The notes below the pieces were generated by a model. It worked only from the letters and a program-made list of their open reading frames with translations, did no database searches and had not been told where the DNA came from. A DNA stretch of 63,746 nucleotides, the filler included, from Candidatus Nanoarchaeia archaeon (GTDB lineage Archaea; Nanobdellota; Nanobdellia; Woesearchaeales; DATDTY01), in NCBI GenBank assembly GCA_035290625.1. It is 5 parts of 5 records of this genome, joined end to end, with 100 filler letters (N's around TTAATTAATTAA, not from the genome) between each part and the next. Parts side by side here need not be neighbours in the genome. Positions count along the whole stretch, not along the records: positions 26,043 to 39,193 come from DATDTY010000040.1; positions 39,294 to 51,721 come from DATDTY010000042.1; 3 more parts are not named here. The stretch is one strand, 5' to 3'. The position numbers were made by a program, and so were the translations under genes. Within the stretch, counting starts at the first letter, position 1. The number at the start of each line of letters is the position of its first letter. Below are positions 31,038-42,433 of this stretch, one piece after another.

Positions 31038-33701
31038 ATGACAGAAGAAACAAAGGCAGAAACAAAAGAGGCGCAGCCTGAAAAGAAGGAAGCGGAAGAT
31101 TTTCCTGAGAGGTACATCTTCAAACAGGTGAAATCATTTGTATTTGGTGTCCTGTCTCCCAAGATGATCAAGAAGATGGCAGTGGCAAAGATCGTCACGC
31201 CAGAGCTCTATGATAAGGAGGGGTACCCTGTCGATGGGGGGCTCATGGACATCCGCTTGGGAGTGATCGATCCCGGATTGAAATGCAGGACTTGTGGATC
31301 CAAACTCAAGGAGTGCATCGGCCACTTCGGCTATATCGAACTCGCACGGCCAGTTATTCATGTTAAATTTGTTGAGATCATCCATATGCTGCTGCAGTGC
31401 ACCTGCAGGGAATGCGGGCATGCCCTTCTCCAAAAGAACAAGAAAGATGGCCTTGTTGCTGAAATACGCATGGTTGCGGAGAAAGAGGGGCCTATCGCCA
31501 TGCGAAAAAAGGTCAAGGCTGCAATCGCAGGTATAAAGTCAACAAACAAATGCCCATTGTGCAAGGCAAAGCAGTTTAAAATCACCATAGAGAAACCCAC
31601 AACCTTTATCGAGAATGAACAGCGTGTGAGTCCTATCGAGGTAAGGACGCGGCTGGAGAAGATCCCGGATGATGACTTAGAGGTGTTTGGCCTGAATGTA
31701 AGCGCAGTCCGCCCTGAGTGGCTGATCCTGACTATACTTTCCATCCCTCCGGTTACCATGAGGCCTTCAATCACGCTCGAGAGCGGCGAGAGGAGCGAGG
31801 ATGACCTTACACATAAGATAGGGGATATTGTGCGGATTAACCAGCGGTTGTTTGAGAACATCAATGCCGGAGCGCCGGAGATCATTATTGAAGACCTCTG
31901 GGACCTTCTCCAATACCATATCACGACCTTCTTTGATAATTCTATCCCCCAGCTTCCTGTTGCAAGGCACCGAAGCGGCCAGCCGCTCAAGACCCTCTCC
32001 GAGAGGATCAAAAGCAAAGATGGAAGGATCCGCCACAATCTTGCTGGAAAAAGGACGAACTTCTCTGCAAGGACGGTCATCAGCCCTGACCCGAGGATAC
32101 AGCTCAATGAGGTCGGAGTCCCAAAAGTCATGGCTATGAATCTTACGGTTCCTGAAAGGGTCACAGAATGGAACCTTGCATACCTCAAAAAGTTTATGGA
32201 GCGCGGTCCGGGGCAATACCCTGGGGCGAATTACGTCATCAGGCCCGACGGGAAGAAAAAGAAGATAACGGAAGAGACGCAGGAAGCCTCACTGGAAGAA
32301 GTTGCCCCAGGATATATCGTGGAGAGGCACCTCATTGACGGAGATATTGCAATCTTCAATCGCCAGCCATCCTTGCACAGGATGAGCATGATGTGCCACA
32401 GAGTGCGGGTCCTTCCAGGGAAGACATTGAGGATCAATCCAGCAGTCTGCCACCCGTACAACGCTGATTTTGACGGAGATGAGATGAATCTCCATATCCC
32501 CCAGACAGAGGAAGCCCGGGCAGAGGCTGAAATTCTGATGGAAGTGCAGACACAGCTCATATCGCCAAGGTACGGACTGAGCATAGTGGGGTGTGTCCAG
32601 GATGCGATCTCCGGAAATTATATCCTGACAAGATATGGAAAGATGCCGCGGACAGAAGCTATTGACCTGCTCTATGCAACGGGGGTTAGAGACTTCTCAA
32701 GGCTTCCAAAAAAGCAGGTTGTAGATGGAAAAGAGATATTCAGCGCTCTTCTTCCTCCGGATTTCAGTTTTTCAGGCCATGCCAAAGTATGCAGCGAGGG
32801 CTGCTCGAAGGATACGCATGTCCTGATTTCCAAAGGCAGATTGATATCGGGGGTCATGGACAAGGCAAATTTAGGCGAAGGATCAGGACTGATGATGAGA
32901 GAGCTGCACAAGAAATATGGCAAGGATTTCTCCCTGGACTTCCTGCAGAAACTCTACCGGCTTGGCACTGACTCGTTGCTGAAGTTTGGATTTTCATCTC
33001 CGTTATCTGATGTGGATATCCTCCCTGAAGGAAAAGCAGAGATAAAAAAAGTGCTCGATCAGGCCGAGCAGGAATCGCAGGAGCTCATCAGGTCATTCCG
33101 GGAGGGAAAATTGGAGGCATTTCCCGGAAGGAGCGCCGAAGAGACCTTGGAATTGAGGATTCTTGAAGTCCTCAACAAGGCAAGGAATCAGACAGGGATA
33201 TTGGTCTCTAAGTATGCGGCATCAGGCACGCATATGCTTATCATGGCAAAATCCGGGGCCCGCGGGAATATCATTAACCTCGCGCAGATGGCTGCTTGTG
33301 TGGGCCAGCAGGCAATGCGGGGAAAGCGCATCGAGAAAGGCTATTCCGAAAGGACATTATCCTGCTTCAAGAGGGGCGATCTGTCTCCTGACGCACGTGG
33401 ATTCATCAGGAGGGGGTTCAAGGAAGGCATGACGCCTCAGGAATTCTTTTTCGGGGCGATCACTGGCAGAGACTCCCTTATGGATACTGCCTTAAGGACG
33501 CCAAAGAGCGGTTATCTTTACCGGCGCCTGGCCAATGCAATGCAGGATCTTAAGGTGGAGTATGATAATACGGTAAGAGATTCCAACAAGAAGATCGTCC
33601 AGTTTAGGTATGGAGAAGACGGAATCGACGTGTCCAAATCAGAGAACGGAAAGATAAATGTGAAGAAAATCATCCAGGAGGTCGTAGGAAACGGGAATTA
33701 A
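31038..33701 (+). CDS. rpoA1: RNA polymerase subunit A'
   Basis: Catalytic NADFDGD, CIGHFG. Confidence 0.98.
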   Translation: MTEETKAETKEAQPEKKEAEDFPERYIFKQVKSFVFGVLSPKMIKKMAVAKIVTPELYDKEGYPVDGGLMDIRLGVIDPGLKCRTCGSKLKECIGHFGYIELARPVIHVKFVEIIHMLLQCTCRECGHALLQKNKKDGLVAEIRMVAEKEGPIAMRKKVKAAIAGIKSTNKCPLCKAKQFKITIEKPTTFIENEQRVSPIEVRTRLEKIPDDDLEVFGLNVSAVRPEWLILTILSIPPVTMRPSITLESGERSEDDLTHKIGDIVRINQRLFENINAGAPEIIIEDLWDLLQYHITTFFDNSIPQLPVARHRSGQPLKTLSERIKSKDGRIRHNLAGKRTNFSARTVISPDPRIQLNEVGVPKVMAMNLTVPERVTEWNLAYLKKFMERGPGQYPGANYVIRPDGKKKKITEETQEASLEEVAPGYIVERHLIDGDIAIFNRQPSLHRMSMMCHRVRVLPGKTLRINPAVCHPYNADFDGDEMNLHIPQTEEARAEAEILMEVQTQLISPRYGLSIVGCVQDAISGNYILTRYGKMPRTEAIDLLYATGVRDFSRLPKKQVVDGKEIFSALLPPDFSFSGHAKVCSEGCSKDTHVLISKGRLISGVMDKANLGEGSGLMMRELHKKYGKDFSLDFLQKLYRLGTDSLLKFGFSSPLSDVDILPEGKAEIKKVLDQAEQESQELIRSFREGKLEAFPGRSAEETLELRILEVLNKARNQTGILVSKYAASGTHMLIMAKSGARGNIINLAQMAACVGQQAMRGKRIEKGYSERTLSCFKRGDLSPDARGFIRRGFKEGMTPQEFFFGAITGRDSLMDTALRTPKSGYLYRRLANAMQDLKVEYDNTVRDSNKKIVQFRYGEDGIDVSKSENGKINVKKIIQEVVGNGN

Positions 33702-33702
33702 T

Positions 33703-34863
33703 ATGGAAGAAATAAAACTGCTTGAGAGAAAGCTTCCCTTGGCAATCATCAAGGAGATACGCGAGAATCTGCCCAAGAATGTGGGAAAGGCCCGCTACAC
33801 GGAAGTTCTCCAGAAGGTGTTGGAGGAGTACAAGCAATCCCGTGTTGAGCCAGGCGAGTCTGTAGGCCTTATATCCGCGGAGTCAATTGGGGAACCGAGC
33901 ACTCAAATGACCCTGAATACCTTCCACTTTGCGGGCGTAGCTGAGATGAATGTGACTGTGGGCCTTCCACGAATAATCGAAGTCCTCGATGGGAGGAAGG
34001 AGATATCAACACCTATGATGGAGATTTATCTGAAAAAGCCATACAGCAAAGGGGCAGAGATTCGAAAAGCTGGAGCCTTGATCAAGGAAACTCAGTTTAA
34101 GGAGATTGTAAAGGAGTTCTCAATCAACATGCTGGAAACAAGCATTGAGATTACAGTAGACAGGGAAAGAATGCAGGAATTGGGCGTCAACGAGCCTACC
34201 GTTCTCAAGAATGTCGCAAAGGAGATTAAGGGATTTGCAGCAAAGTTCAAAGATAAGGATACTCTTGTCCTAAAGAGTAAGAGCAAAGAAAAGGCATTCA
34301 ATGAGGTGTATCTTGCAAAGGAGAAGGTGAAGGGGGTGTACCTCAAAGGGATCAAGGACATTTCCCAGATACTCACAGTGAAGAAAGGAGATGAATACAT
34401 GATTATAACGTCCGGAAGCAACCTCAAGGACACCTTTGATCTTGATATTGTTGATGCAGCACGGACTACAACGAATAATGTTTTTGAGATAGCTGATGTG
34501 CTCGGCATCGAGGCGGCCCGGCAGGCAATCATCAACGAGGTCTACAAGGTCATTGAAGCTCAAGGGTTAAACGTTGACATTAGGCATATCATGCTCGTAG
34601 CAGATACGATGTGCGCAGGAGGGAAAATCAAAGGTGTAACAAGGTATGGAGTGGTAAGTGAAAAGGCGTCTGTGCTCGCACGCGCCTCGTTTGAAACCCC
34701 GATCAAGCATATAGTAAATGCGGCGATGTCCGGGGAAGAGGACAAACTCAATTCTGTGGTGGAAAATGTCATGCTGAACCAGCCAATCCCGGTTGGAACA
34801 GGGCTGCCCGGGCTCCGGATTAAATTAAAGCAAGAGGAGGATCATGGCAAAGAAGGAGATTGA
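33703..34863 (+). CDS. rpoA2: RNA polymerase subunit A''
   Basis: [25 protein letters not shown]. Confidence 0.97.
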   Translation: MEEIKLLERKLPLAIIKEIRENLPKNVGKARYTEVLQKVLEEYKQSRVEPGESVGLISAESIGEPSTQMTLNTFHFAGVAEMNVTVGLPRIIEVLDGRKEISTPMMEIYLKKPYSKGAEIRKAGALIKETQFKEIVKEFSINMLETSIEITVDRERMQELGVNEPTVLKNVAKEIKGFAAKFKDKDTLVLKSKSKEKAFNEVYLAKEKVKGVYLKGIKDISQILTVKKGDEYMIITSGSNLKDTFDLDIVDAARTTTNNVFEIADVLGIEAARQAIINEVYKVIEAQGLNVDIRHIMLVADTMCAGGKIKGVTRYGVVSEKASVLARASFETPIKHIVNAAMSGEEDKLNSVVENVMLNQPIPVGTGLPGLRIKLKQEEDHGKEGD

Positions 34864-35134
34864 TGAGCAGCTTGCTGAAGTCAGGCAGGCGCTGAAATCA
34901 AAGAAGCTTGTGATAGGGACAGAGAGAACCCTCAAGTCGCTCAAGATTGGCGGAATCCAGAAAGTATTCTTAGCAGCAAACTGTCCGGAGCAGGTCAAGG
35001 CGGATGTCGCCTATTATGCCAGAATAGGCAATGCGGCTGCGGTCAGGCTCAAGTATGATAATGAGGAACTCGGAGTAATATGCAAGAAGCCCTTTGCAAT
35101 TTCTATTCTTGGAGTAAAGACAGGGAATGGTTAA
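34844..35134 (+). CDS. rpl30e: 50S ribosomal protein L30e
   Basis: L7Ae/L30e motif [10 protein letters not shown]; operon position. Confidence 0.92.
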   Translation: MAKKEIDEQLAEVRQALKSKKLVIGTERTLKSLKIGGIQKVFLAANCPEQVKADVAYYARIGNAAAVRLKYDNEELGVICKKPFAISILGVKTGNG

Positions 35135-35543
35135 AATAAAGTATGACAGCCAGCTGATGAAGACGATGAGTGTGTTTGAGCAGGTGACGCACGCAAAGCT
35201 CAAAGACGCGGTTGATCAGGAAAACAGGATTTTGTTTGTCACTGAAGAGAATGAGGCTGGCAGGGCAATCGGCAGGCACCATAGCAACAGCGAAAAACTT
35301 GCGAGGCTCCTGAAAAGAAAGATTAAAATAGTGGAATTTAACCCCGATGTCAAGGGGTTCATCAGGAACTTGGTGTATCCGCTGAATACAAGGGATATAG
35401 AGGAATCCCAAGGCACGATAACTATCTCTTCCGGTGATCCGGAGACAAAAAGGATCCTCATCGGAAGAGACGCAAAAAATCTCAAAGACCTTAGGAGCGT
35501 CGTGAAGCGGTTTTTTGACATACAGGAGATACGAATAATATAG
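35127..35543 (+). CDS. nusA: Archaeal NusA (KH domains)
   Basis: [24 protein letters not shown]; operon position. Confidence 0.92.
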   Translation: MVKIKYDSQLMKTMSVFEQVTHAKLKDAVDQENRILFVTEENEAGRAIGRHHSNSEKLARLLKRKIKIVEFNPDVKGFIRNLVYPLNTRDIEESQGTITISSGDPETKRILIGRDAKNLKDLRSVVKRFFDIQEIRII

Positions 35544-35557
35544 GGAGAATAGAGAAC

Positions 35558-35995
35558 ATGGGAAGCAAGAGCCGCGGCATGTTTGCTGCGAACAAGCTGA
35601 AGAGGAGAAGAGCCCAATCGAAGTGGCTGCACCGGTCCTATATCAAAAGGATCCTTCGCCTTAAGGAGAGGTCAGACCCATTGGAGGGGTCATCGCAGGC
35701 AAAGGGCCTGGTGTTGGAGAAGATTCAGCTCGAAGCAAAGCAGCCCAACTCAGGAATGAGGAAATGTGTCCGGGTCCAGCTCACGAAGAATGGAAGGCAG
35801 GTCAGTGCGTTTTGCCCCGGCGACGGAGCCACAAAGCTCATTGACGAGCATGATGAGGTTATCATAGAGTGCATTGGCGGAAAGATGGGCCGCGCAAAGG
35901 GGGATATCCCGGGAGTCCGGTGGCAGGTCATCAAAGTCAACGACCAGAGCTTAAAGGCACTGCTGGCAGGAAAGATTGAGAAGGCAAGAAGATGA
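35558..35995 (+). CDS. rps12: 30S ribosomal protein S12
   Basis: [24 protein letters not shown]. Confidence 0.97.
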   Translation: MGSKSRGMFAANKLKRRRAQSKWLHRSYIKRILRLKERSDPLEGSSQAKGLVLEKIQLEAKQPNSGMRKCVRVQLTKNGRQVSAFCPGDGATKLIDEHDEVIIECIGGKMGRAKGDIPGVRWQVIKVNDQSLKALLAGKIEKARR

Positions 35996-36585
35996 TCAAA
36001 GCATTTGACAGATGGGGCACTGAAGGGATCGAGGTTCAGGACAAAGGCCTTCAGAATTATATCACATTGGAGCCAAAAATTGTTCCCCGCACAGGCGCGC
36101 GCTATGCAGGAAACAAGTTTCACAAGAGCAAGACATTCATCATTGAGCGCCTGATGAACAAGGTCATGATTCCTGGCCATAAGAACAAGAAACATTTTAA
36201 GACAAGCTATCCCATGACAGGGAAAGCGCTCACGGCGTATGGGCTGATCAAGCAAGTGCTGACAAAAATTGAATCAACAACCAAGCAGAATCCTATAGGG
36301 GTTGTCGTTCGTGCAATAGAGAATGCTGCAACACGGGAAGAGATTGTTACAATTGAGTATGGAGGCGCGCGCTACCCGAAAGCAGTTGAGTGCGCGCCGC
36401 AGCGGAGGGTTGACATTGCGTTGCGGTGGATGGTCCAGGGCGCATATCACAAGTCATTTAATTCCAAGAAAAGCTTCGCTGATGCGCTTACCGAAGAGAT
36501 TATCAATGCTTCCCAGGCAAGCCAGAACTCAAACGCCATTTCTAGAAAGCTAGAGCTTGAAAGGCAGGCTGATGCGAGCAGGTAG
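35992..36585 (+). CDS. rps7: 30S ribosomal protein S7
   Basis: [21 protein letters not shown]. Confidence 0.97.
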   Translation: MIKAFDRWGTEGIEVQDKGLQNYITLEPKIVPRTGARYAGNKFHKSKTFIIERLMNKVMIPGHKNKKHFKTSYPMTGKALTAYGLIKQVLTKIESTTKQNPIGVVVRAIENAATREEIVTIEYGGARYPKAVECAPQRRVDIALRWMVQGAYHKSFNSKKSFADALTEEIINASQASQNSNAISRKLELERQADASR

Positions 36586-36635
36586 GGACAGCTTCTGTAT
36601 TCGCTGCTCTGCAGATTTCAACAAAATTAAAACCA

Positions 36636-37505
36636 CTATTTCTTCCTCTGCTGGTACGCCATTCTCGGTCCAGCCCGTGGAGACTGCCGAAGGATAGGCG
36701 CAGGAGAAGGTTCTTCCTTAGATGGAATTTCCGGCTCATACTCATGATATTCGTAAGGGATGCCGCCCTGAGCCCCCATACTCAAGTCTTTTTTGGAAAA
36801 GTCTTTTTGCTCTAAGCGATGATACTGAAAACGCAAATGGTCGTATTTTCGCCTTGCATTCCTTATAAGAGTCCCCTCCTCACTTGAGTGCTCGCTAAAA
36901 GAAGGTATAAAAAGTTTTTCTGATGGAAAATGATGTTCTGAAAGGGATGTATGGAGGCTCTCCAAGTAAGGTTCAACATCTTCTTTGGAAAGACGCCCCG
37001 AAACGCTATGGACTTCGAGTTCCAGCACAAGATTCCACAAAAGGCACTGATAGAAGTCATGTACAGAAGTTTTGTTGAATGTGGTACGTACAGAATCGGC
37101 ATTCAATGGTGTAGGCTGATCTGTTTCCCTGAGAATCGCCTTCCCTTGATCAAGATCATACTCCAAAGGGATAAGAGCATAGTTGTTGGGTCCTGTAATA
37201 AACAAGCCGTCAAGACGCTGAGCGTGCTGATGGACTAAATGGGGCCCAAGAAGCAAAGGGATGTTCTGTCGACCCCCCTCAACTGAAAGGTAATTTAAGA
37301 GCGACTCAAGAGGTTTGAGGGAGAGTGCTTTCTCGAAATTGGACCGAGATTGGCCTGTAAGAGGCTCGCCAAATCTGTCAGAACTAAAAACAAATAAGCT
37401 GCTGCTATCAGTGATACAATAGGCCGGACCAAGGTACTCCGCCTTATGGCTTGATATATCACGTCCTTGCAAAGACCCAATGCGCGGAGGCTGATGAGGG
37501 TTCAT
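36636..37505 (-). CDS. Hypothetical protein
   Basis: 289-aa ORF with upstream TATA-like TTATAAA. Confidence 0.55.
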   Translation of the reverse strand: MNPHQPPRIGSLQGRDISSHKAEYLGPAYCITDSSSLFVFSSDRFGEPLTGQSRSNFEKALSLKPLESLLNYLSVEGGRQNIPLLLGPHLVHQHAQRLDGLFITGPNNYALIPLEYDLDQGKAILRETDQPTPLNADSVRTTFNKTSVHDFYQCLLWNLVLELEVHSVSGRLSKEDVEPYLESLHTSLSEHHFPSEKLFIPSFSEHSSEEGTLIRNARRKYDHLRFQYHRLEQKDFSKKDLSMGAQGGIPYEYHEYEPEIPSKEEPSPAPILRQSPRAGPRMAYQQRKK

Positions 37506-37673
37506 AGGCAGAGAGATATGCAGGCATTTATAAGAATTGCTATTACTTCGTTATTTTAAGGTAGGTACAGCCACCAAAACACTTAAAAACAGTCATAATT
37601 GCTCCACGCGGCAGGCCATGCAGGAATTCCTTAAGAAAATACCCCGAACTCCTCCAAGCGCTTGATTTCTGCA

Positions 37674-38615
37674 TCAGCCAAACGTGCCTGACCGCCACCG
37701 CCTCACAGCCCCAATCTCATTGCGAAAGAATACGACGGGGTCATTCGGCATCCAGTGGACAGATGAGGTCTCGATGACAAAAGGCGCGGAAAGCCGTCTT
37801 ACGGGATTGAGAAGCCTCTGTTCATCCTCAGTAAGCAGCGAAAAGGGCTTGTGCCTTGCTCCAGTTACAGAATCGTTCCCGCTGAAGTGAACATACGCAA
37901 TATCCGTTTTAAATTCTCTAAGCAGACCGAGCAGTTCCTCAGGTGAGATTGTCAAGGCATGCGTCGTATCAAGACAGAGCTTCATTCCTGGATTCATATC
38001 CAAAATTGATCGGTACAGAGAGAAAGGCAGCTGGTATTGTTTAATAGTATTCTCAATGCAGAGGATAGTGCGGGGTGATACGATGCCGAGCGAGTCAGTA
38101 ATCATGCCAAGGTTAGCGGGCTTGAACATATGCAGTACAATATGCCTTGCCCTAATCCGGGCTGCAATATCCCCAATCTTCTGCATAAAAGGGGTGTCTT
38201 CAGCTCCATAGAAAATCCTCCTTCCATCATCCCATTGCCATGGCGCATGAATGCTGTTGCACCGAAATTGCATCAGCACCTCCCATTCATCATCTGTCAG
38301 CTGAAATGTGGCTACATCTTGAGGCTGTGCAAAGGTAAGCTCAATGCCGTCAGCTGGAAGCCGCAGTGCAATTTTGGTGTCGAGTGCTGTATCTCTGCCG
38401 GTGAGCGCCGTATTCCCCTTGCTACTCTTGTAGAAGTTTCCAGTCGCAAGGCAGACTTCACCTGAGCTCAACAGCGTCACCCCGGTGTATAGAATCTGCC
38501 CCCCCTTCGTTAACTTCCAGCACATACTGCGCCGGCGCGTCCGTAGTAATGAGTGGACAGGGATCAACCCTGCATGGAAGCCCCTTTTTGACATCAAGAA
38601 CTGTGCCAGCTCCAA
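37674..38615 (-). CDS. AP-endonuclease-2/xylose-isomerase-like TIM-barrel protein (true start probably downstream of 38615)
   Basis: VLH, LCIEN, LCLDTTHA, YVHFS..D....H, VIE metal motifs. Confidence 0.7.
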   Translation of the reverse strand: MELAQFLMSKRGFHAGLIPVHSLLRTRRRSMCWKLTKGGQILYTGVTLLSSGEVCLATGNFYKSSKGNTALTGRDTALDTKIALRLPADGIELTFAQPQDVATFQLTDDEWEVLMQFRCNSIHAPWQWDDGRRIFYGAEDTPFMQKIGDIAARIRARHIVLHMFKPANLGMITDSLGIVSPRTILCIENTIKQYQLPFSLYRSILDMNPGMKLCLDTTHALTISPEELLGLLREFKTDIAYVHFSGNDSVTGARHKPFSLLTEDEQRLLNPVRRLSAPFVIETSSVHWMPNDPVVFFRNEIGAVRRWRSGTFG

Positions 38616-38901
38616 TAAAGATGATATCCAGAGGAATGAAGGTGTTCTTCATCCAGAAAGCCGGAGTAACCTCCTTCCCAAAGACAAACAACATTCCTGA
38701 GCCTGATGCTAAAGATGACCTGTTCATAAGCCCTTGGCTGCGCTCTGAATCAGTATCTGCGATCTCAATCGAAAACTGGAGTTCTCCATCATCCGTATGA
38801 ACAACGACTGAGCTTATATCATCTTGAGAGCACCCTCCTGATACAAAGAGCAAAGAGAAAAGGATACTCCAATAGATTGTTCCATATGAATGAGTAATCA
38901 T
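38458..38901 (-). CDS. DUF192 family protein, possible lipoprotein
   Basis: EIADT..ERSQGLM.R, GMLFVF, FWMKNTFIPLDIIF, YVLEVN; VSGGC lipobox-like. Confidence 0.9.
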   Translation of the reverse strand: MITHSYGTIYWSILFSLLFVSGGCSQDDISSVVVHTDDGELQFSIEIADTDSERSQGLMNRSSLASGSGMLFVFGKEVTPAFWMKNTFIPLDIIFIGAGTVLDVKKGLPCRVDPCPLITTDAPAQYVLEVNEGGADSIHRGDAVELR

Positions 38902-38956
38902 GGGTTTCATCAACATTAGCAAAAAGGAACTCTTTAAAAAGATTATTGGTGGGTAA

Positions 38957-39048
38957 CGCTCCGGTGAAAATGGCGTTGCAAGAAAATTGGAGATTTTCTG
39001 CACGGAAAATCTATGATTTTCCTGTGCCGTCAATTCGTGAGGCTCTTA
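38957..39048. mobile_element. MITE-like family C, left part, interrupted by an IS200 element
   Basis: GCTCCGGTGAAAATGGCGTTGC..CGTCA(A/G)TTCGTGAGGCTCTTA matches 17832-17872, with a 48-bp insert. Confidence 0.75.
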
Positions 39049-39052
39049 TACG

Positions 39053-39193
39053 GTGACCTCCTCCCCGCCCTAAAGGGCGGGGCTTCCTGCGCTAACTGAA
39101 CACCACGTTGTGGTGTGCTTCCTGATTCTTGATATAGGCCTCACAAACGGCAAGATCATTCACTCCTACCGTCGCTGAATAACTGCTCGGCGC
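39053..39193 (-). mobile_element. tnpA: IS200-type element: tnpA 3' end plus right end
   Basis: APSSYSATVGVNDLAVCEAYIKNQEAHH..* (39092-39193), then GAAGCCCCGCCCTTTAGGGCGGGGAGGAGGTCAC. Confidence 0.88.
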
Positions 39194-39293
39194 NNNNNNN
39201 NNNNNNNNNNNNNNNNNNNNNNNNNNNNNNNNNNNNNTTAATTAATTAANNNNNNNNNNNNNNNNNNNNNNNNNNNNNNNNNNNNNNNNNNNN
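39194..39293. other. Artificial contig linker
   Basis: N-run with TTAATTAATTAA. Confidence 0.98.
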
Positions 39294-39458
39294 GGTGGCA
39301 TTGAAAAGTCATGCAGCGCCCTCTTGTAAGCCATTATAACGGAGCGGCGGCACAGCGACAAGAGGGTCGCCTCCCTCGGAGAATGTCGCTATTCTGCCTG
39401 ACTTGCGCATGGCGAACCTGGCGCTGCCGAGCGAAGCGAGCAACTTTTCAATGCCACC
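39294..39458. mobile_element. MITE-like element family A, copy 3
   Basis: Perfect TIR GGTGGCATTGAAAAGT..ACTTTTCAATGCCACC. Confidence 0.88.
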
Positions 39459-39464
39459 TTCCCC

Positions 39465-40583
39465 TCATAACGAATATATGTGTAAGGTCTCTTCTGCACA
39501 TCTCCTCCATGAGAATTCCTGTGCTGTTTTGAGGCCTTGCTTGATTCTCTTGTTTCTTAAAGAGTTGTTTTGGATGAGTTCCTGCATTTTTCTACATAGT
39601 TCATGAGGATCTTTCGGATTGAATGCGCAAGGGATTTCTTTGACAATCTCTCGGTTTGTTGGAATTTGAGATGCTAATACCGGACAGCCGCACTTCATTG
39701 CCTCTAGGATAGGGAGGCCGAAGCCTTCGTATAAGGAAGGCCAGACAAACAGCTCTGCGGTATTATAGTAGAGGACGAGGTCGGATCTTGGGATGAATCC
39801 TGTGGAGATAATGTCGTTTTTAAGATTGAGTTTTTCTATGAGTTTGAATATACATTTGTATTTCCAGCCTTTCTTTCCAACAATGATTAGTTTGTATGTA
39901 GGGTGCTGTTTTCTTATTTCATTGAATGCTCTGATGAGCGCCGGTATGTTCTTCCTCGGCTCTATTGTGCCTACATAGAGGATGAACGGAAAGGTTATAC
40001 TGTTCTTTCTTTTGAATTCGCTGATTGCTTTCCTATTCTTAATTCTTTTACAGTCGTTTTCTGCAGCTTCATAGGTTACGTGTATTTTTTTAGGGCTGAT
40101 GCGAAAAATTCTTATAATATCCTCTTTTGTGTTTTCTGATACCGTGATTATCTTATGGACATTTTTTAGTATTATTTTAAGGCCGATCTTATGCTCGAGG
40201 TATGGCAGCATGCCTTGTGTTTTTGGATAGAGCAACGGAGCGAGGTCATGGATGGTCACAATCATCTTGTATTTCTGTTTGAAGAAGAATGGCCCTATTT
40301 GTGTTGGCTCGTGAACTACGTCCAGGTTATATTTTCTTAGAAGCAACGGAAATATGATCAGTTTTCTCAGCTGCCTATAGAATGGAAATTCGTAAAGAGG
40401 GATGATGATGTGCTTTATATTTCTGTTTTTGTATATCTTATTCCTGTTGTCTTTTCTGTAATGGATTAAAAAATATTCGTTATTTTTATCGCTATTGAGG
40501 ACATTCTTAACAAGATTTCGGGTGTAGGTTGTAATGCCCGCGCCATTGTCATCGATTGAGTCGGTGATTATGCCTATTCTCAT
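39465..40583 (-). CDS. GT4 family glycosyltransferase
   Basis: TIHDL, VGTIEPRKN, EGFGLPILEAM. Confidence 0.95.
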   Translation of the reverse strand: MRIGIITDSIDDNGAGITTYTRNLVKNVLNSDKNNEYFLIHYRKDNRNKIYKNRNIKHIIIPLYEFPFYRQLRKLIIFPLLLRKYNLDVVHEPTQIGPFFFKQKYKMIVTIHDLAPLLYPKTQGMLPYLEHKIGLKIILKNVHKIITVSENTKEDIIRIFRISPKKIHVTYEAAENDCKRIKNRKAISEFKRKNSITFPFILYVGTIEPRKNIPALIRAFNEIRKQHPTYKLIIVGKKGWKYKCIFKLIEKLNLKNDIISTGFIPRSDLVLYYNTAELFVWPSLYEGFGLPILEAMKCGCPVLASQIPTNREIVKEIPCAFNPKDPHELCRKMQELIQNNSLRNKRIKQGLKTAQEFSWRRCAEETLHIYSL

Positions 40584-40647
40584 TTTTGTTTGGGAACGCG
40601 AGGCTCTTTAAAAACATTTATATATTCGCCACCACTTCTGAGGAGAG

Positions 40648-41586
40648 ATGGCCAAGAAGCAAAGACGCCGCGTTGACATTTCTCTTGTTATCCCTGTGTA
40701 TAATGAGGAGAAGAACCTTCTTTACTTGTATAGAAATATCAATCGTGCTCTTCATGATTATCACGGAGAGTACGAGATTATTTTCATAGATGACGGAAGT
40801 AGTGATGGCAGCCTTGCGGTTCTTCAGGGGCTTGCGAGAGAAAAAGATATACGGATTGTGGAGTTTCAAACCAATTACGGCAAATCAGCTGCGCTTACTG
40901 CAGGATTCAAACTGGCTCAGGGAGGGCTGGTTATAACCATGGACGCCGATCTTCAGGACGACCCAGCCGAAATCCCTCGGTTTTTGGATGAGATCCGACA
41001 TTGCGATGTTGTTGTCGGTTGGAAGTATAGGAGAAAAGATCCGCTTTCCAAGACGATTCCATCCAGGTTTTTTAATTATTCTATAGCTCTCCTAACTAAG
41101 ATCCGGATTCATGACTCAAATTGCGGGTTCAAGGCTTTTAGGAGGAGAGTGATCGAGAATATCCAGATTTATGGAGAACTCCATCGCTACATCCCGGTTT
41201 TGGCATTTTGGAAGGGATTTGAGGTAAGAGAGATGAAGATCAGGCATCATCCAAGGATTTATGGAAAATCTAAATATGGTATAGGGCGCTTATTTAAGGG
41301 GTTCCTCGATTTGATTACTGTGAAGTTTCTTATCAGCTACGGTCAGAGTCCTTTTTACTTGTTCGGTGGAATTGGAATAATCTTCAGTGTTATTGGTTTT
41401 ATATTAGGAGTTTATCTAACCACACTAAAGGTACTGGTAGGTGCCTCCATAGGCAGGAGGCCTTTATTGATATTTACAATGCTGCTTCTTGTCCTTGGTG
41501 TGCAATTCATAGGGATTGGGCTTCTTGGGGATATGGTATCTTATCAAAGGGAAAAAGAGCAATATATTGTAAAGAGGATCATTTAG
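40648..41586 (+). CDS. GT2 polyprenol-phosphate glycosyltransferase (ArnC/DPM-like)
   Basis: PVYNEE, DDGSSD, DADLQDDP, two C-terminal TMs. Confidence 0.93.
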   Translation: MAKKQRRRVDISLVIPVYNEEKNLLYLYRNINRALHDYHGEYEIIFIDDGSSDGSLAVLQGLAREKDIRIVEFQTNYGKSAALTAGFKLAQGGLVITMDADLQDDPAEIPRFLDEIRHCDVVVGWKYRRKDPLSKTIPSRFFNYSIALLTKIRIHDSNCGFKAFRRRVIENIQIYGELHRYIPVLAFWKGFEVREMKIRHHPRIYGKSKYGIGRLFKGFLDLITVKFLISYGQSPFYLFGGIGIIFSVIGFILGVYLTTLKVLVGASIGRRPLLIFTMLLLVLGVQFIGIGLLGDMVSYQREKEQYIVKRII

Positions 41587-42308
41587 ACATCGGCTTCTTG
41601 TCTAGAGGTGTCTCTTGCAAATGTTCTTAGAACAACGTGCCTTAATGGCCTATAGTAGTACGCCATCCATCCGATATTTTTGAGGATGACAAGCATTATC
41701 GAATATAGCACCAATGCATAAAGATTGATAGACTTTATTGTGAAGAATGATGCGAGTATGGGGATAAGTACAAAAGCAATTAAACGGCAATCTTCAAAAT
41801 ACATCCATTCATTGTATCTGGCATGTTTCATTTTATTCAGAGCCTCTTTATCCAGGATTAAAATGACAACCAAATGCTGAAGAGGGTGGATTAAGGACAT
41901 AAGAATAATAAAGGGCGTTAATAAGAAGATGAGTGTCTCATTAAGGTTATAGAAAAGTGCGATGGTAATCAGCGCAGTTCCGATATAGCCGGTGACCCAA
42001 TCAAAGATGCCTCCCCAGCGTGAGGATACACCCCACAGCCTTGCTAGTTTTCCGTCGACATTATCGAGAAGGAATCGCAACAGGAAAAAGAGCGCTCCGC
42101 CGATAAGATGACCGGTGATAGACAGGTAGGCGCTAAAAATGACTGCGATGAAGGAAAGGAGGGTAATCATGTTTGGAGAGAGCCGAAGTATGTTGCCAAA
42201 GACCCACCCTAATATTAAATAGGGGTAATGAAGAAACATATTTGCGCGAGGCATCGGAACTGTAGCGACACGATCCAAATCATTGAAAGTAATCCTCTTT
42301 TTTTCCAT
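41583..42308 (-). CDS. CDP-alcohol phosphotransferase family protein
   Basis: SPNMIT, DNVDGKLAR....S.WGGIFD signature. Confidence 0.92.
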   Translation of the reverse strand: MEKKRITFNDLDRVATVPMPRANMFLHYPYLILGWVFGNILRLSPNMITLLSFIAVIFSAYLSITGHLIGGALFFLLRFLLDNVDGKLARLWGVSSRWGGIFDWVTGYIGTALITIALFYNLNETLIFLLTPFIILMSLIHPLQHLVVILILDKEALNKMKHARYNEWMYFEDCRLIAFVLIPILASFFTIKSINLYALVLYSIMLVILKNIGWMAYYYRPLRHVVLRTFARDTSRQEADV

Positions 42309-42309
42309 G

Positions 42310-42417
42310 TTATTGCATCAAGAGCTTTAAATATATGAAAAATAGGATGATAGACATCCAGACCATAAGGACTGCATCAATAATGAATAGATTCAGGAGT
42401 GTGCTTAGTTCAACCAT
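42310..42417 (-). CDS. 35-aa hydrophobic peptide (not in the ORF track)
   Basis: MVELSTLLNLFIIDAVLMVWMSIILFFIYLKLLMQ fills the gap between two co-oriented genes. Confidence 0.5.
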   Translation of the reverse strand: MVELSTLLNLFIIDAVLMVWMSIILFFIYLKLLMQ

Positions 42418-42433
42418 GAGTCTCACTTGTTAT

